This document shows positions 19,330 to 28,241 of a DNA stretch of 64,000 bases, in pieces (within the stretch, counting starts at the first letter, position 1; each line of letters opens with the position of its first letter). The position numbers and the translations under genes are program-made. The DNA is from an uncultured Bacillales bacterium (GTDB lineage Bacteria > Bacillota_I > Bacilli_A > Izemoplasmatales > Hujiaoplasmataceae): positions 1,176 through 65,175 of the forward strand of contig CALEZX010000040.1 of the NCBI GenBank assembly GCA_937928185.1, written 5' to 3'. The notes below the pieces were generated by a model that saw only the letters and a program-made list of their open reading frames with translations, searched no databases and was not told where the DNA came from.

Positions 19330-20595
19330 CTATTTTTTCATAAAAGCTTCAATTTCATGAATTTCCTTAATAATCGAAGAAGAAAGATTTATTGATCCTG
19401 TTTCAGTGACTAAAACATTATCTTCAATCCGTACTCCAATTTTCTCCTCTTCAATGTAAAAACCAGGTTCAATAGTAAGTACAACTCCAGCTTTTAATGG
19501 GATTAAGTATGTACCAACATCGTGGACATCTAGACCAAGATAGTGGCTAACATTATGATAGTAATATTTTGATACTTCTTCCGGAGTATTTATAATTCCT
19601 AATTTCATAGCCCCATCTGCGAGCAATTGTCGAGCATATTGATTTAACTCGCTCATTAGGATTCCGGGTTTAACAAAATTGATACAGGCTTTATTAACCG
19701 ATAATACTAATTCGTATATTTGTTTTTGGCGATTAGTAAACTTTCCATTAACCGGAAAAGTTCTGGTAATATCTGAAGCATATGGGCCTGCTAAAGCACC
19801 TAAATCGCACAAAACCAGATCACCATCGTTTGCATCCTGATTATTTTCTTCGTAATGTAATGTCGTAGCATTTCCTCCTGAAGCAACTATTGGATTAAAC
19901 GAATTACCTTCACTTCCATGTGATTTCAAAGCATACTCATACATAGCTAAAATTGATCGTTCATTAATTCCTGGAGTGGCAACAGATAAAATAGCTTCGA
20001 TTCCGACTTTAGAATAACTGATAGCTTTTTCTATTTGTTTGATTTCATAATCATCCTTATACATTCTCATTAAGTCAAGAAATTCATTAACGTTACGGAT
20101 AGAAATTTCTGGATATGACTTAAATATAGTTTCAAATTTAGTTAATGAAACCGGAATTTGATATGGTTTATGACGATATAAATCTAGATAAATAATTTTC
20201 GGGGTTTTAGCAACCGCTTTTCTTTGGGATGATAAGACGTTTTGGTGAAGAAAAAGATCGAATTGTTCGATAAAAAAGATATTTTTTTCTTCAATACCGG
20301 ATATTGATGAAGCTTCGGTCTTTGTCAGTCTTTTGCCTAACCATTTATCTGAATAGTCAGTAGCTTCTTCTATAAACAGATACTCAAAATAATTTTTACC
20401 ATCTTTTTGAATAACTAAAAGAAAGTTCGATCTTTTTAGTCCGGTTAAATAATAAAAATTACGATTAATTTCGTATGGATAATATTGATCCGTTGTTTTA
20501 TGCGGAGCTTCTTGTGAATACAATATAACTACTGAACGATCTTCTATTTCGTTGACAAGATTTTTTCTTCTGTTTATATAGCGAATTTCTTCCAT
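19330..20595 (-). CDS. pepP: Xaa-Pro aminopeptidase (M24B) with AMP_N domain
   Basis: N-terminal creatinase/AMP_N-like region. Pita-bread metal ligands (DLGA..YASDITRT, HYLGLDVHD, EPG, RIED). Confidence 0.85.
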   Translation of the reverse strand: MEEIRYINRRKNLVNEIEDRSVVILYSQEAPHKTTDQYYPYEINRNFYYLTGLKRSNFLLVIQKDGKNYFEYLFIEEATDYSDKWLGKRLTKTEASSISGIEEKNIFFIEQFDLFLHQNVLSSQRKAVAKTPKIIYLDLYRHKPYQIPVSLTKFETIFKSYPEISIRNVNEFLDLMRMYKDDYEIKQIEKAISYSKVGIEAILSVATPGINERSILAMYEYALKSHGSEGNSFNPIVASGGNATTLHYEENNQDANDGDLVLCDLGALAGPYASDITRTFPVNGKFTNRQKQIYELVLSVNKACINFVKPGILMSELNQYARQLLADGAMKLGIINTPEEVSKYYYHNVSHYLGLDVHDVGTYLIPLKAGVVLTIEPGFYIEEEKIGVRIEDNVLVTETGSINLSSSIIKEIHEIEAFMKK

Positions 20596-20682
20596 ATTTG
20601 ACTCCTTTTAGATTGGTCTTATTTTTTTATTATATCACATTATGGCGTTTGTGAAAAGTAAAGCAGCATACAATTATTGATA

Positions 20683-20722
20683 AAAAAAGGTTCATCTTAA
20701 ATTAAAAGACAAACCCTTTTAT
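20683..20722 (-). terminator. Possible weak terminator after the PadR/DUF1700/DUF4097 operon
   Basis: Minus strand: AAAAGGGTT..(~20-nt loop)..GAACCTTTTTTTA. The stem is imperfect. Confidence 0.3.
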
Positions 20723-20742
20723 TTAATTGATAAATAAAGTAT

Positions 20743-21579
20743 TTAATCGATAAAACTAAGTCGGATTGACCCGTTCGAAGTATCTAGATTGATTAATTTC
20801 GATAGAGAGGGATTATAAACTGAATCATTTTTTTCTTCACCATCAATATAGTTTGTTCCATTTGATGTTTCCATTTCTATCCGGTAATCTTCATATTGAC
20901 CAATGATTTTAAGTGTAATTGACCCATTCGAAGTACTAGCTTTAATATTATCGGCTGCTAGTTTATCAATATTAATTTCACCATTAGAGGTATGTATGTT
21001 CATGATTACGTCACAAGAAACATCGTTCATAAGTACTTTTCCGTTTGAAGTATCTAATTTAAAATAATCTGTAACATATACATCATTGACTGATATTGTT
21101 CCGTTTGATGAAATTAGTTTTAATTCTTTTAGTTGGACAAGATCATTTAAATTAATTCTTCCATTAGAGGTTCTAATATCAAGAGCGTAATCAAGAACTG
21201 ATAGTGGTAATTGGATTTCTACTTTTGTATAGTCGACACCTAAATTAAATATTCCCCACGAGATGCCAAGAAACCATTTTGTCCGATTAATAATTTTTAG
21301 TTGATCTTCATCATTTTCCACTTCAAACCAATCGTATTCTGATTCATAATATGTAATAACAATCTGATCATTTTCTGAGGGAATAATATTAACTTCTCGA
21401 TTGTCGAGAATAATGTAAAAATCCTTTATTTCTGATGCTTCATGAGTTATTTCCTTTAAAGTATAAACCGGCCGCTCAAAAATTGTAAAGTCTGTATCAT
21501 CGCTGAGTAAAAAACCAATAACTGTAAAAAGAACTCCTAAAAACACCAATAACAATGTAATTCCTATAATTTTTCTCAT
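20743..21579 (-). CDS. DUF4097-family beta-helix protein, membrane anchored
   Basis: N-terminal TM helix, then seven spaced [ST]SNG motifs (TSNGRINL, SSNGTISV, TSNGKVLM, TSNGEINI, TSNGSITL, TSNGTNYI, TSNGSIRL). Confidence 0.75.
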   Translation of the reverse strand: MRKIIGITLLLVFLGVLFTVIGFLLSDDTDFTIFERPVYTLKEITHEASEIKDFYIILDNREVNIIPSENDQIVITYYESEYDWFEVENDEDQLKIINRTKWFLGISWGIFNLGVDYTKVEIQLPLSVLDYALDIRTSNGRINLNDLVQLKELKLISSNGTISVNDVYVTDYFKLDTSNGKVLMNDVSCDVIMNIHTSNGEINIDKLAADNIKASTSNGSITLKIIGQYEDYRIEMETSNGTNYIDGEEKNDSVYNPSLSKLINLDTSNGSIRLSFID

Positions 21580-22136
21580 TTTTCTTCTCCTCGTTTATTG
21601 AAAAATTCCTGAATCCATTCAAGCAGTTTTTCAAGTTTGTTTTTAGACTGCTTAACTAACCAAATAAACCCATATATGCCTAATAGTAATAATCCCGACC
21701 CAAGCAAGATATTACCGAGATACATTAATATACTCATGCCCGAAACTGAATTTTTAATACCAACAACTAATTTTGTAGCTCCGATTACAAACAAAGAAGC
21801 TCCTGATGTAGCGAATGAAAAAGCAACGCTAGCAATAACGATAACCAATAAGATATATATTGCATATCCAATGACTTTTGAAGTAATACTAAAGACTTTT
21901 TTCAGTTCAAAGTTCTTTTTTTCCTTTACATTATCAATAAAAGTATCATCTTTTTTTATCGTCCTAATAATCGTTTCAATACTTCCTAGCCGGTTGATAA
22001 ATTCTTCTTCAGTTTCTCCATTATCGATTGCATCTTGAATCAACTCATCGTAATAATGCGTTATCTCTTCGCGTTCACGAACAGAATATGAAAGCAAATT
22101 TTTATTTAATTTATATAAAAATTCATATTTATTCAT
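21576..22136 (-). CDS. DUF1700 (HAAS-type) membrane protein
   Basis: MNKYEFLYKLNKNL...EREEITHYYDELI N-terminus followed by three TM helices. 4-nt overlap with the DUF4097 gene. Confidence 0.75.
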   Translation of the reverse strand: MNKYEFLYKLNKNLLSYSVREREEITHYYDELIQDAIDNGETEEEFINRLGSIETIIRTIKKDDTFIDNVKEKKNFELKKVFSITSKVIGYAIYILLVIVIASVAFSFATSGASLFVIGATKLVVGIKNSVSGMSILMYLGNILLGSGLLLLGIYGFIWLVKQSKNKLEKLLEWIQEFFNKRGEEK

Positions 22137-22144
22137 ATTTCCCC

Positions 22145-22450
22145 CTACTTTAAAATAAACTCATATATTTTTTTTATTTCATTAAAATCTGATTCTGATT
22201 CCTTAATTTTCGTCAAACCTCGTTTAGTAATTTTATAATATTTTCTTAACCTCGAATTATATTCGGTCGTATAAGTCGAAACATAATCCTGCACCTCAAG
22301 ACGTTTTAAGATTGGGTATAATGTAGATTCTGATATCTCAATAATTTCTGAGACGTCTTGAATGATACGATAACCATACGAATCTTCATTTTTTAAAGAA
22401 GCTAAGACGAGTATTTCGAGAAAACCTTTTTTTAATTGAATATCCATCAT
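22145..22450 (-). CDS. PadR-family transcriptional regulator
   Basis: 101 aa winged helix: LEILVLASLKNEDSYGYRI..LYPILKRLE..Y..YY. Confidence 0.9.
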   Translation of the reverse strand: MMDIQLKKGFLEILVLASLKNEDSYGYRIIQDVSEIIEISESTLYPILKRLEVQDYVSTYTTEYNSRLRKYYKITKRGLTKIKESESDFNEIKKIYEFILK

Positions 22451-22467
22451 ATACCTCCTTACACATA

Positions 22468-22498
22468 ATACTATATATTACATAGTATAAAATGTCAA
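22468..22498 (-). promoter_or_regulatory. PadR operon promoter with overlapping inverted repeat (candidate PadR operator)
   Basis: Minus strand: TTGACA (plus 22493..22498)-17 nt-TATAGT (plus 22470..22475). The inverted repeat ATACTAT-N7-ATAGTAT (22468..22488) spans the spacer and the -10. Confidence 0.6.
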
Positions 22499-22511
22499 CT
22501 ATTATTACAAA

Positions 22512-22539
22512 TAAAAAAAATAACCCATTTATGGGTTAT
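22512..22539 (-). terminator. Rho-independent terminator after the DedA-like gene
   Basis: Minus strand: TAACCCAT-AA-ATGGGTTA followed by T8. Confidence 0.75.
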
Positions 22540-22554
22540 GATTTTATCATTCTA

Positions 22555-23163
22555 TTATTTACTATTTTTTTTCTTTTTAATTACAAATAATATAAGAAAT
22601 ACCAAAGCATAAGCCAAAGATAACCAAATTACATTTATCGGATGGTTATGAATATCAAAAAGGCTACCTAGGAAAACAAAAAATGACATGATGATTAATC
22701 TTGAAATTAAGTTCATCCAAATGTATGATTTTGTTCTAATCTTAGTGAATGACAAAGCATAATTTAGAATTGAACTGGGCATAAACGGATTAGCAAGAAA
22801 AACCATCATCATTCCAATATTATTACCATGGGCTATATTGAGAAATTTACGACCTATTTCATTATTTTCAACTTTTTCAGAAAATTTTTCAGCTAATGTT
22901 TTCCGTATCACTAAAAAAATCATGAACATACCAGAAAAAGATCCTGCTACAGAGAAGAAAATTGTTAAGAAAATACCAGTACTTGATCCAAATGCCTGAG
23001 ACATCACCCCAAGATTAATACCAATAATGGCTGCTAAAGGTAAAGTAGGGATAATTGCCTCTATCAACGGCAAAAGAAAGGTTGCAATAATTGCCAACCA
23101 AGCATTTTCCGATATAAAAGTTTGATAATTATCAATTAACGAATTAAATAGTTCCATATACAC
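22555..23163 (-). CDS. TVP38/TMEM64 (DedA-superfamily, VTT domain) membrane protein
   Basis: 202 aa polytopic protein with a re-entrant-like FLLPLIEAIIPTLPLAAIIG segment typical of the family. Confidence 0.7.
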   Translation of the reverse strand: MYMELFNSLIDNYQTFISENAWLAIIATFLLPLIEAIIPTLPLAAIIGINLGVMSQAFGSSTGIFLTIFFSVAGSFSGMFMIFLVIRKTLAEKFSEKVENNEIGRKFLNIAHGNNIGMMMVFLANPFMPSSILNYALSFTKIRTKSYIWMNLISRLIIMSFFVFLGSLFDIHNHPINVIWLSLAYALVFLILFVIKKKKNSK

Positions 23164-23170
23164 CTTTTTG

Positions 23171-23199
23171 ATAAAAAAGCATCCCGACGGATGCTTTTA
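23171..23199 (-). terminator. Rho-independent terminator after gap
   Basis: Minus strand: AAAAGCATCC-GTCG-GGATGCTTTT followed by TTAT. Confidence 0.7.
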
Positions 23200-23212
23200 A
23201 AAAATCACTTAT

Positions 23213-24223
23213 TTAGATTAATTCAGAGAAATGTTTCAAAGTACGAACCATTTGAGCAGTAAATGACATTTCATTGTCGTACCAAGAAATAACTTTAACC
23301 ATTTGTTTGCCATCGACTTCCATAACTTTTGTGCTTAATGAATCAAATAAAGTTCCGAAAGTAATGCCGATAACATCGCTTGAAACGATTGGATCTTCTG
23401 TATATCCTACAGTTGGAGACTGAGCGGCTTTTACAGCTGCGTTAACTTCAGCTTCAGTCACTTTTTTATCTAATTCAACTACTAAGTCAACAACTGAACC
23501 AGTTACTACCGGAACACGAAGAGCGATTCCGTCCATTTTTCCTTTTAATCTTGGTAAAACTAAACCAATGGCTTTAGCAGCACCAGTTGAAGCAGGAACG
23601 ATATTAGAAGCAGCAGCACGTCCTCTTCTTGAGAAGATTCCGGCTTTATGTGGTCCGTCTAAAGTTGCTTGGTCATTTGTATAAGCGTGAACAGTAGTCA
23701 TAAAACCCTTAACAATACCAAAATTATCATCAAGAATTTTAGCGATTGGTGCTAAGCAGTTTGTTGTACAAGAAGCCGCTGATAAAATAGTTTCTGATCC
23801 TGTTAACGTGTTTTCGTTAACACCATAAACTACTGTTGGAACATCTTTTTCTTTTGCAGGGGCACTGATTACTACTTTTCTTGCTCCGGCAGTGATATGA
23901 GCTTGAGCTGATTCTCTTGAAGTGAAGAATCCAGTACATTCTAAGACAACATCAACTTCATGTTGTTTCCATGGAAGTTCAATTGGATTTTTCATGGCGT
24001 ATACAGGGATTTTTACACCATCAACCACTAAGTCGGTTCCTTCAAATTTTACTTCTTTGTCATATCTTCCTTGGCTTGAATCATATTTTAATAAATAAGC
24101 CAATTGTTGGGCATCGGTTAAATCATTGATAGCAACGATTTCAAATTCCGGATTTCCAAACATAAGACGAAAAGCAAGACGGCCAATACGACCAAAACCA
24201 TTAATAGCTACTTTTACTGACAT
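23213..24223 (-). CDS. gap: Type I glyceraldehyde-3-phosphate dehydrogenase
   Basis: INGFGRIGR Rossmann motif and the active-site [10 protein letters not shown]. 336 aa. Confidence 0.97.
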   Translation of the reverse strand: MSVKVAINGFGRIGRLAFRLMFGNPEFEIVAINDLTDAQQLAYLLKYDSSQGRYDKEVKFEGTDLVVDGVKIPVYAMKNPIELPWKQHEVDVVLECTGFFTSRESAQAHITAGARKVVISAPAKEKDVPTVVYGVNENTLTGSETILSAASCTTNCLAPIAKILDDNFGIVKGFMTTVHAYTNDQATLDGPHKAGIFSRRGRAAASNIVPASTGAAKAIGLVLPRLKGKMDGIALRVPVVTGSVVDLVVELDKKVTEAEVNAAVKAAQSPTVGYTEDPIVSSDVIGITFGTLFDSLSTKVMEVDGKQMVKVISWYDNEMSFTAQMVRTLKHFSELI

Positions 24224-24268
24224 TTTAATCCTCCTATAGATTTTTAAGATAAATCTTTTTACTCTTAT

Positions 24269-24297
24269 ATTTTACGATATTTGTTTCTTTTTATCAA
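24269..24297 (-). promoter_or_regulatory. gap promoter
   Basis: Minus strand: TTGATA-17 nt-TAAAAT, ~45 nt upstream of SD AGGAGG and the ATG at 24223. Confidence 0.55.
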
Positions 24298-24342
24298 CTG
24301 AATGATATTACTAAAACGTTTTCAACAGCAGTTAATCATCAA

Positions 24343-24367
24343 ATAAAAAAGATGGCGAACCATCTTC
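24343..24367 (-). terminator. Rho-independent terminator after spx
   Basis: Minus strand: AAGATGG-TTCG-CCATCTT followed by TTTTTAT. Confidence 0.75.
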
Positions 24368-24376
24368 TTCTAAACT

Positions 24377-24829
24377 TTATAATGCTCTTACTTTTTTTGC
24401 GTTCTTCATCGCTTCTTTTAAGCAATTTTTATATTCGCAATCATCCATACATTCATCACACTTAACTTGATCACGAAATTTTCTTGGAATGAATGCTCGA
24501 ATTTCATCTTCATTATATCCTGTTTGCATAATTTTGTCATTGACAATAATCGGTCGTTTTAAAATCGTTGGATTATCGATGATAAAATCTGCAAGTTCAC
24601 CAAAACGCATTTCTTCAGTCTCTAAATTATTGTCTTTGAATATTTTAGAACGAGTTGAAATAATGTCTTCAAACCCATTTTCCGAAAACTTTAACATATT
24701 GATGATATCATCGCGTGTTAAGCGAATCCCAACGATATTTTTTTCTTTAAAAGGAATACGATTTTCTTCGAGCCATTTTTTTGCTTTACGACAAGACGAG
24801 CAACTCGAGCTAGTATATAGAGTTATCAT
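24377..24829 (-). CDS. spx: Spx/ArsC-family redox-sensitive transcription regulator with a Cys-rich C-terminal extension
   Basis: MITLYTSSSCSSCRKAKKWLEE (CxxC), ISTRSK, RPII and GYNEDEIRAFIPRK match Spx. The protein is 150 aa, versus ~131 for Bacillus Spx. Confidence 0.9.
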   Translation of the reverse strand: MITLYTSSSCSSCRKAKKWLEENRIPFKEKNIVGIRLTRDDIINMLKFSENGFEDIISTRSKIFKDNNLETEEMRFGELADFIIDNPTILKRPIIVNDKIMQTGYNEDEIRAFIPRKFRDQVKCDECMDDCEYKNCLKEAMKNAKKVRAL

Positions 24830-24939
24830 TAAATATCCCTCGCTTTCAGCATTATAATTATATCACAAGGATACTATTATTAAAAACATTTTCTGAAAAT
24901 ATGATATAATTATATTAATATGTTTATGGAGGTAATAAT

Positions 24940-26703
24940 ATGAAATGGGATTTATCATACTTATTTAATAATCAAGAGGATTTCAATAAGGCGTTGAAAA
25001 CAACGATGGATATTATTGATAAACTGGGTTTATATAAAGGCCATCTTCATGATGAACAAAAATTTGTAGAATATTATCAATTGCAAAAACAATTAACAGC
25101 TATTGGTTTAAGGGCATATCAATATGCTTCGCTGAAAAGCGATTTAAACAAAAAAGATCTTGAAAATGCTAAACAACTTCAAATGGTGCAAATTGGTTTC
25201 GCAAAACTAAGTGAGACTTGCTCATTTGAAGAACCAGAATTAATTTCCATTGGAAAAGAAACTGTTTTAAGATATGCGAACAATCATCCTGAACTTCATG
25301 AATTTATTTTCGGTTTCGAAAAATTATTTAGACGTCAAGAACACATACTTGATAACAAATCTGAAGCTCTTTTAGCTAATTTTAATCGAATTGCTTCCTC
25401 AGGACGTGAATTATATAGTTCACTTTCAGTCGCTGACTTAGAAAATTCTGATGTTATGCTTGATAATGGTGAAATTGTAACCATTACCAATTCAAATTAC
25501 CGCGCATATATTCAAAAGAGTAAAAGTCCTAAAGAACGTGAAGAAATATTCAATGCTGTTTTTTCATATTATGATGTTCATAAAAACACCTATGCTAATA
25601 TATATAAAACCGTTCTTGAAGCCGATTTTGCTTTGATGAAAGCTCGGAATTATCAGACCTCAGTTGAAAGTTATTTATTCAATAATGCCATTCCTGTTGA
25701 AGTCTATTATTCACTTACCCAAGTCGCAAAAGAAACAACTGCCCCTGTAAAAAAATACATTCAACTTCGCAAAAAGGCTTTGGGGCTTGAAACTTATCAC
25801 ACTTACGACCGTTTTCTTGAATTAGTACAAAGCGATAAGGAATATGAATATGAAGAAGCTAAAACTTTGTTTTTTAATTCAATTACTCATTTCCCAAAAG
25901 ATTTCCAGGATAAAGCTCGCGAAGTCCTAAAAGATGGTTTCGTAGATGTGTTTGAATCAGATGGAAAACGTTCGGGAGCATATTCTTCTTCAATGCCTGA
26001 CTTACACCCTTACATCCTTTTAAACTATGCAAAAACCCTCGGTGATGTATTTACAGTCGCTCACGAGGCTGGACATTCAATGCACTCAATGTATGCCGCT
26101 GAAGGTCAACCATCTACATTGCAGGACTATACAATATTTGTTGCTGAAGTTGCTTCAACGTTCAACGAACATAATTTGCTAGATTATATAATTAAAAATA
26201 GCAACGCTTCAAAAAACGATCGAATTGCATTATTACAACGTGCAATAGACGACATCATGTCTACCTTTTACCGTCAAACTCTGTTCGCATTGTATGAACT
26301 TGAAGCACATAAATTGATTGAAAATGATCAACCCATAACTGCTGACGTTTTGAGTGGAATTATGATTAATTTGTACAAAGAATTCTACGATTTAGATATT
26401 ACTACTGAAGAAGTTAAACAATTCGTCTGGGCTTACATACCGCATCTATTCTATACTCCATTCTATGTATATCAATATGCTACTAGTTTTGCTGCTTCTT
26501 TAAAAATATATGAAGACGTTAAAAACAATGTTGAAGGAGCTTTTGATAAATACATTGGGTTATTAAAATCCGGCGGAAGTAAATTCCCAGTTGAACAGCT
26601 TAAAGAAGCTGGAGTCGATTTAACACAGAAAGACGCTTTTGTCGCAGTATCTAACCGATTATCAGAATTAGTTAATCAATTAGCTATTGAACTTGGCGAA
26701 TAA
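24940..26703 (+). CDS. pepF: Oligoendopeptidase F (M3B family)
   Basis: 587 aa with zinc motif HEAGHSMH and typical PepF C-terminal helical domain sequence. Confidence 0.9.
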   Translation: MKWDLSYLFNNQEDFNKALKTTMDIIDKLGLYKGHLHDEQKFVEYYQLQKQLTAIGLRAYQYASLKSDLNKKDLENAKQLQMVQIGFAKLSETCSFEEPELISIGKETVLRYANNHPELHEFIFGFEKLFRRQEHILDNKSEALLANFNRIASSGRELYSSLSVADLENSDVMLDNGEIVTITNSNYRAYIQKSKSPKEREEIFNAVFSYYDVHKNTYANIYKTVLEADFALMKARNYQTSVESYLFNNAIPVEVYYSLTQVAKETTAPVKKYIQLRKKALGLETYHTYDRFLELVQSDKEYEYEEAKTLFFNSITHFPKDFQDKAREVLKDGFVDVFESDGKRSGAYSSSMPDLHPYILLNYAKTLGDVFTVAHEAGHSMHSMYAAEGQPSTLQDYTIFVAEVASTFNEHNLLDYIIKNSNASKNDRIALLQRAIDDIMSTFYRQTLFALYELEAHKLIENDQPITADVLSGIMINLYKEFYDLDITTEEVKQFVWAYIPHLFYTPFYVYQYATSFAASLKIYEDVKNNVEGAFDKYIGLLKSGGSKFPVEQLKEAGVDLTQKDAFVAVSNRLSELVNQLAIELGE

Positions 26704-26714
26704 GCGTGCTATAA
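26686..26714 (+). promoter_or_regulatory. trpS promoter (overlaps the pepF 3' end)
   Basis: TTGAAC-17 nt-TATAAT directly upstream of the T-box leader. Confidence 0.6.
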
Positions 26715-26721
26715 TACAGTA

Positions 26722-26938
26722 AATTTTAAATCATGGACTCGGAAGAGTAGATACATCAAGCGTATTCAGTGAATTTGGGTGAGTGTGAACCAAATGACGA
26801 AGTGTATTGAATGGACCGATGAGAGATGCTAATCACATCCGTTAATCCGCGTTAAGGATATAAGTGCTGATTTAATTCAGAACAAAGGTGGTACCACGGT
26901 TATTTATAGTCGTCCTTATTTGAGGACGACTTTTTTTA
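26722..26938 (+). promoter_or_regulatory. T-box leader (Trp specifier) with terminator, upstream of trpS
   Basis: Stem I elements (GAAGAGTA, GGGTGAGTGTGAACC). Specifier loop TTGAA-TGG-A (TGG at 26812..26814). T-box AACAAAGGTGGTACCACGG (26881..26899). Terminator AGTCGTCC-TTATTTG-AGGACGACT followed by T7 (26909..26937). Confidence 0.9.
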
Positions 26939-26954
26939 TTTAGGAGGAATTGAT

Positions 26955-27956
26955 ATGAAAAGAGTATTATCAGGAATTAAACCTACTGGAGAATTAACCT
27001 TAGGAAATTATATAGGAGCGATTAAACGATTCGTTGAAATGCAGAAAAGCATGCCTGATGATGAGTTTTATCTATTTATTGCTGATTTGCATGCAATAAC
27101 CGTCCCTCAGGAAACTCAGGAGTTACGCCGAAGAACAAGAGATATCGCGGCTATGTATTTAGCAGCAGGATTAAATCCTGAAAAAACAGTATTATTTATT
27201 CAATCTGAGGTTAAGGAACATGCTGAACTAGGATATCTTCTGCAGTGTTATACTCAAATGGGCGAATTAGAACGTATGACGCAGTATAAGGATAAAATTA
27301 AAAAGGGTGAAAGCGGACTTACTTCTGCTTTATTTACCTATCCCGCTTTAATGGCGGCCGACATTTTAATATATGATGCAGATTATGTTCCAGTTGGTGA
27401 TGATCAAAAACAACATGTAGAATTAACGAGAGATATTGCTATGAGATTTAATAATCGATATGGCCGTGAATTTTTCAAAGTGCCTGAACCGATAATCCCT
27501 AAAATCGGTGCTAGAATCATGGATTTGCAAGATCCTTCAAAAAAAATGAGTAAATCTGATGACAACTCTAAAGGATATATTGCTTTATTAGACGACCTTT
27601 CAGTCATAAAAAAGAAAATTAAATCGGCAGTCACCGACTCAATCGGGATTGTACAATACGATGTAGATAATCAGCCTGGCATTGCAAATCTTTTATCTAT
27701 CTACTCGGTTCTGTCAGATACACCAATTGATAAAATTGTTATGAACTATCAAAATAAAGGGTATTCTGATTTTAAAAATGATTTAGCAGAGTTAGTCGCT
27801 GAAAAAATCAACGAACTGCAAGTAAAATACCGTGAAGTGATTGATTCGGGTGAACTTGACTCAATTTTAGATCGAGGAAGAGATATTGCATCGAAAGTTG
27901 CATATCGCAAAGTAGAAAAAAGTAAGCAGATTATTGGTCTTGGAAGAAAAAAATAG
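26955..27956 (+). CDS. trpS: Tryptophan--tRNA ligase
   Basis: Class I motifs (GIKPTGELTLGNYIG in HIGH-type position, KMSKS). 333 aa. Confidence 0.97.
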   Translation: MKRVLSGIKPTGELTLGNYIGAIKRFVEMQKSMPDDEFYLFIADLHAITVPQETQELRRRTRDIAAMYLAAGLNPEKTVLFIQSEVKEHAELGYLLQCYTQMGELERMTQYKDKIKKGESGLTSALFTYPALMAADILIYDADYVPVGDDQKQHVELTRDIAMRFNNRYGREFFKVPEPIIPKIGARIMDLQDPSKKMSKSDDNSKGYIALLDDLSVIKKKIKSAVTDSIGIVQYDVDNQPGIANLLSIYSVLSDTPIDKIVMNYQNKGYSDFKNDLAELVAEKINELQVKYREVIDSGELDSILDRGRDIASKVAYRKVEKSKQIIGLGRKK

Positions 27957-27974
27957 ACATCCATTTGGATGTCT
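27955..27974. terminator. Bidirectional hairpin between the convergent trpS and ptsH stops
   Basis: AGACATCCA-TT-TGGATGTCT. It overlaps both stop codons and has T-rich runs on both sides. Confidence 0.65.
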
Positions 27975-28240
27975 TATTTCATTGCATTGATATCATTAAT
28001 CGTTCTTTGAATTGCTTCAAAAGCAGCATTTTCATCTTCACCATCAAATGTGATTTTAAAGTTCACATTCTGCGGAATCGCTAAAGACATGACGCCCATT
28101 ATCGATTTAAGCGGAACGCGAACATCATTATATTCTAAAATCATTTTCGATTCAAATGAAGTAGCTTTACTGACAATCATGGTTGCTGGTCTTGCATGCA
28201 TTCCATGTGAATACGTTATTTTGAATTTTGCTTCAATCAT
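27974..28240 (-). CDS. ptsH: Phosphocarrier protein HPr
   Basis: 88 aa. His15 motif SHGMHARPAT and the Ser46 regulatory motif LKSIMGVMSL. Confidence 0.95.
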   Translation of the reverse strand: MIEAKFKITYSHGMHARPATMIVSKATSFESKMILEYNDVRVPLKSIMGVMSLAIPQNVNFKITFDGEDENAAFEAIQRTINDINAMK

Positions 28241-28241
28241 C

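Noticed and set aside
21637-22038. Long antisense ORFs in the track. This one is 133 aa. Others are at 24489..24857, 46920..47240, 37087..37386, 11674..11961, 8629..9068, 13830..14084 and 15122..15352.
   Set aside because: Each lies fully inside a well-supported gene on the opposite strand. They have low-complexity or odd composition and no SD or promoter. Such shadow ORFs are typical of AT-rich codon-biased genes.
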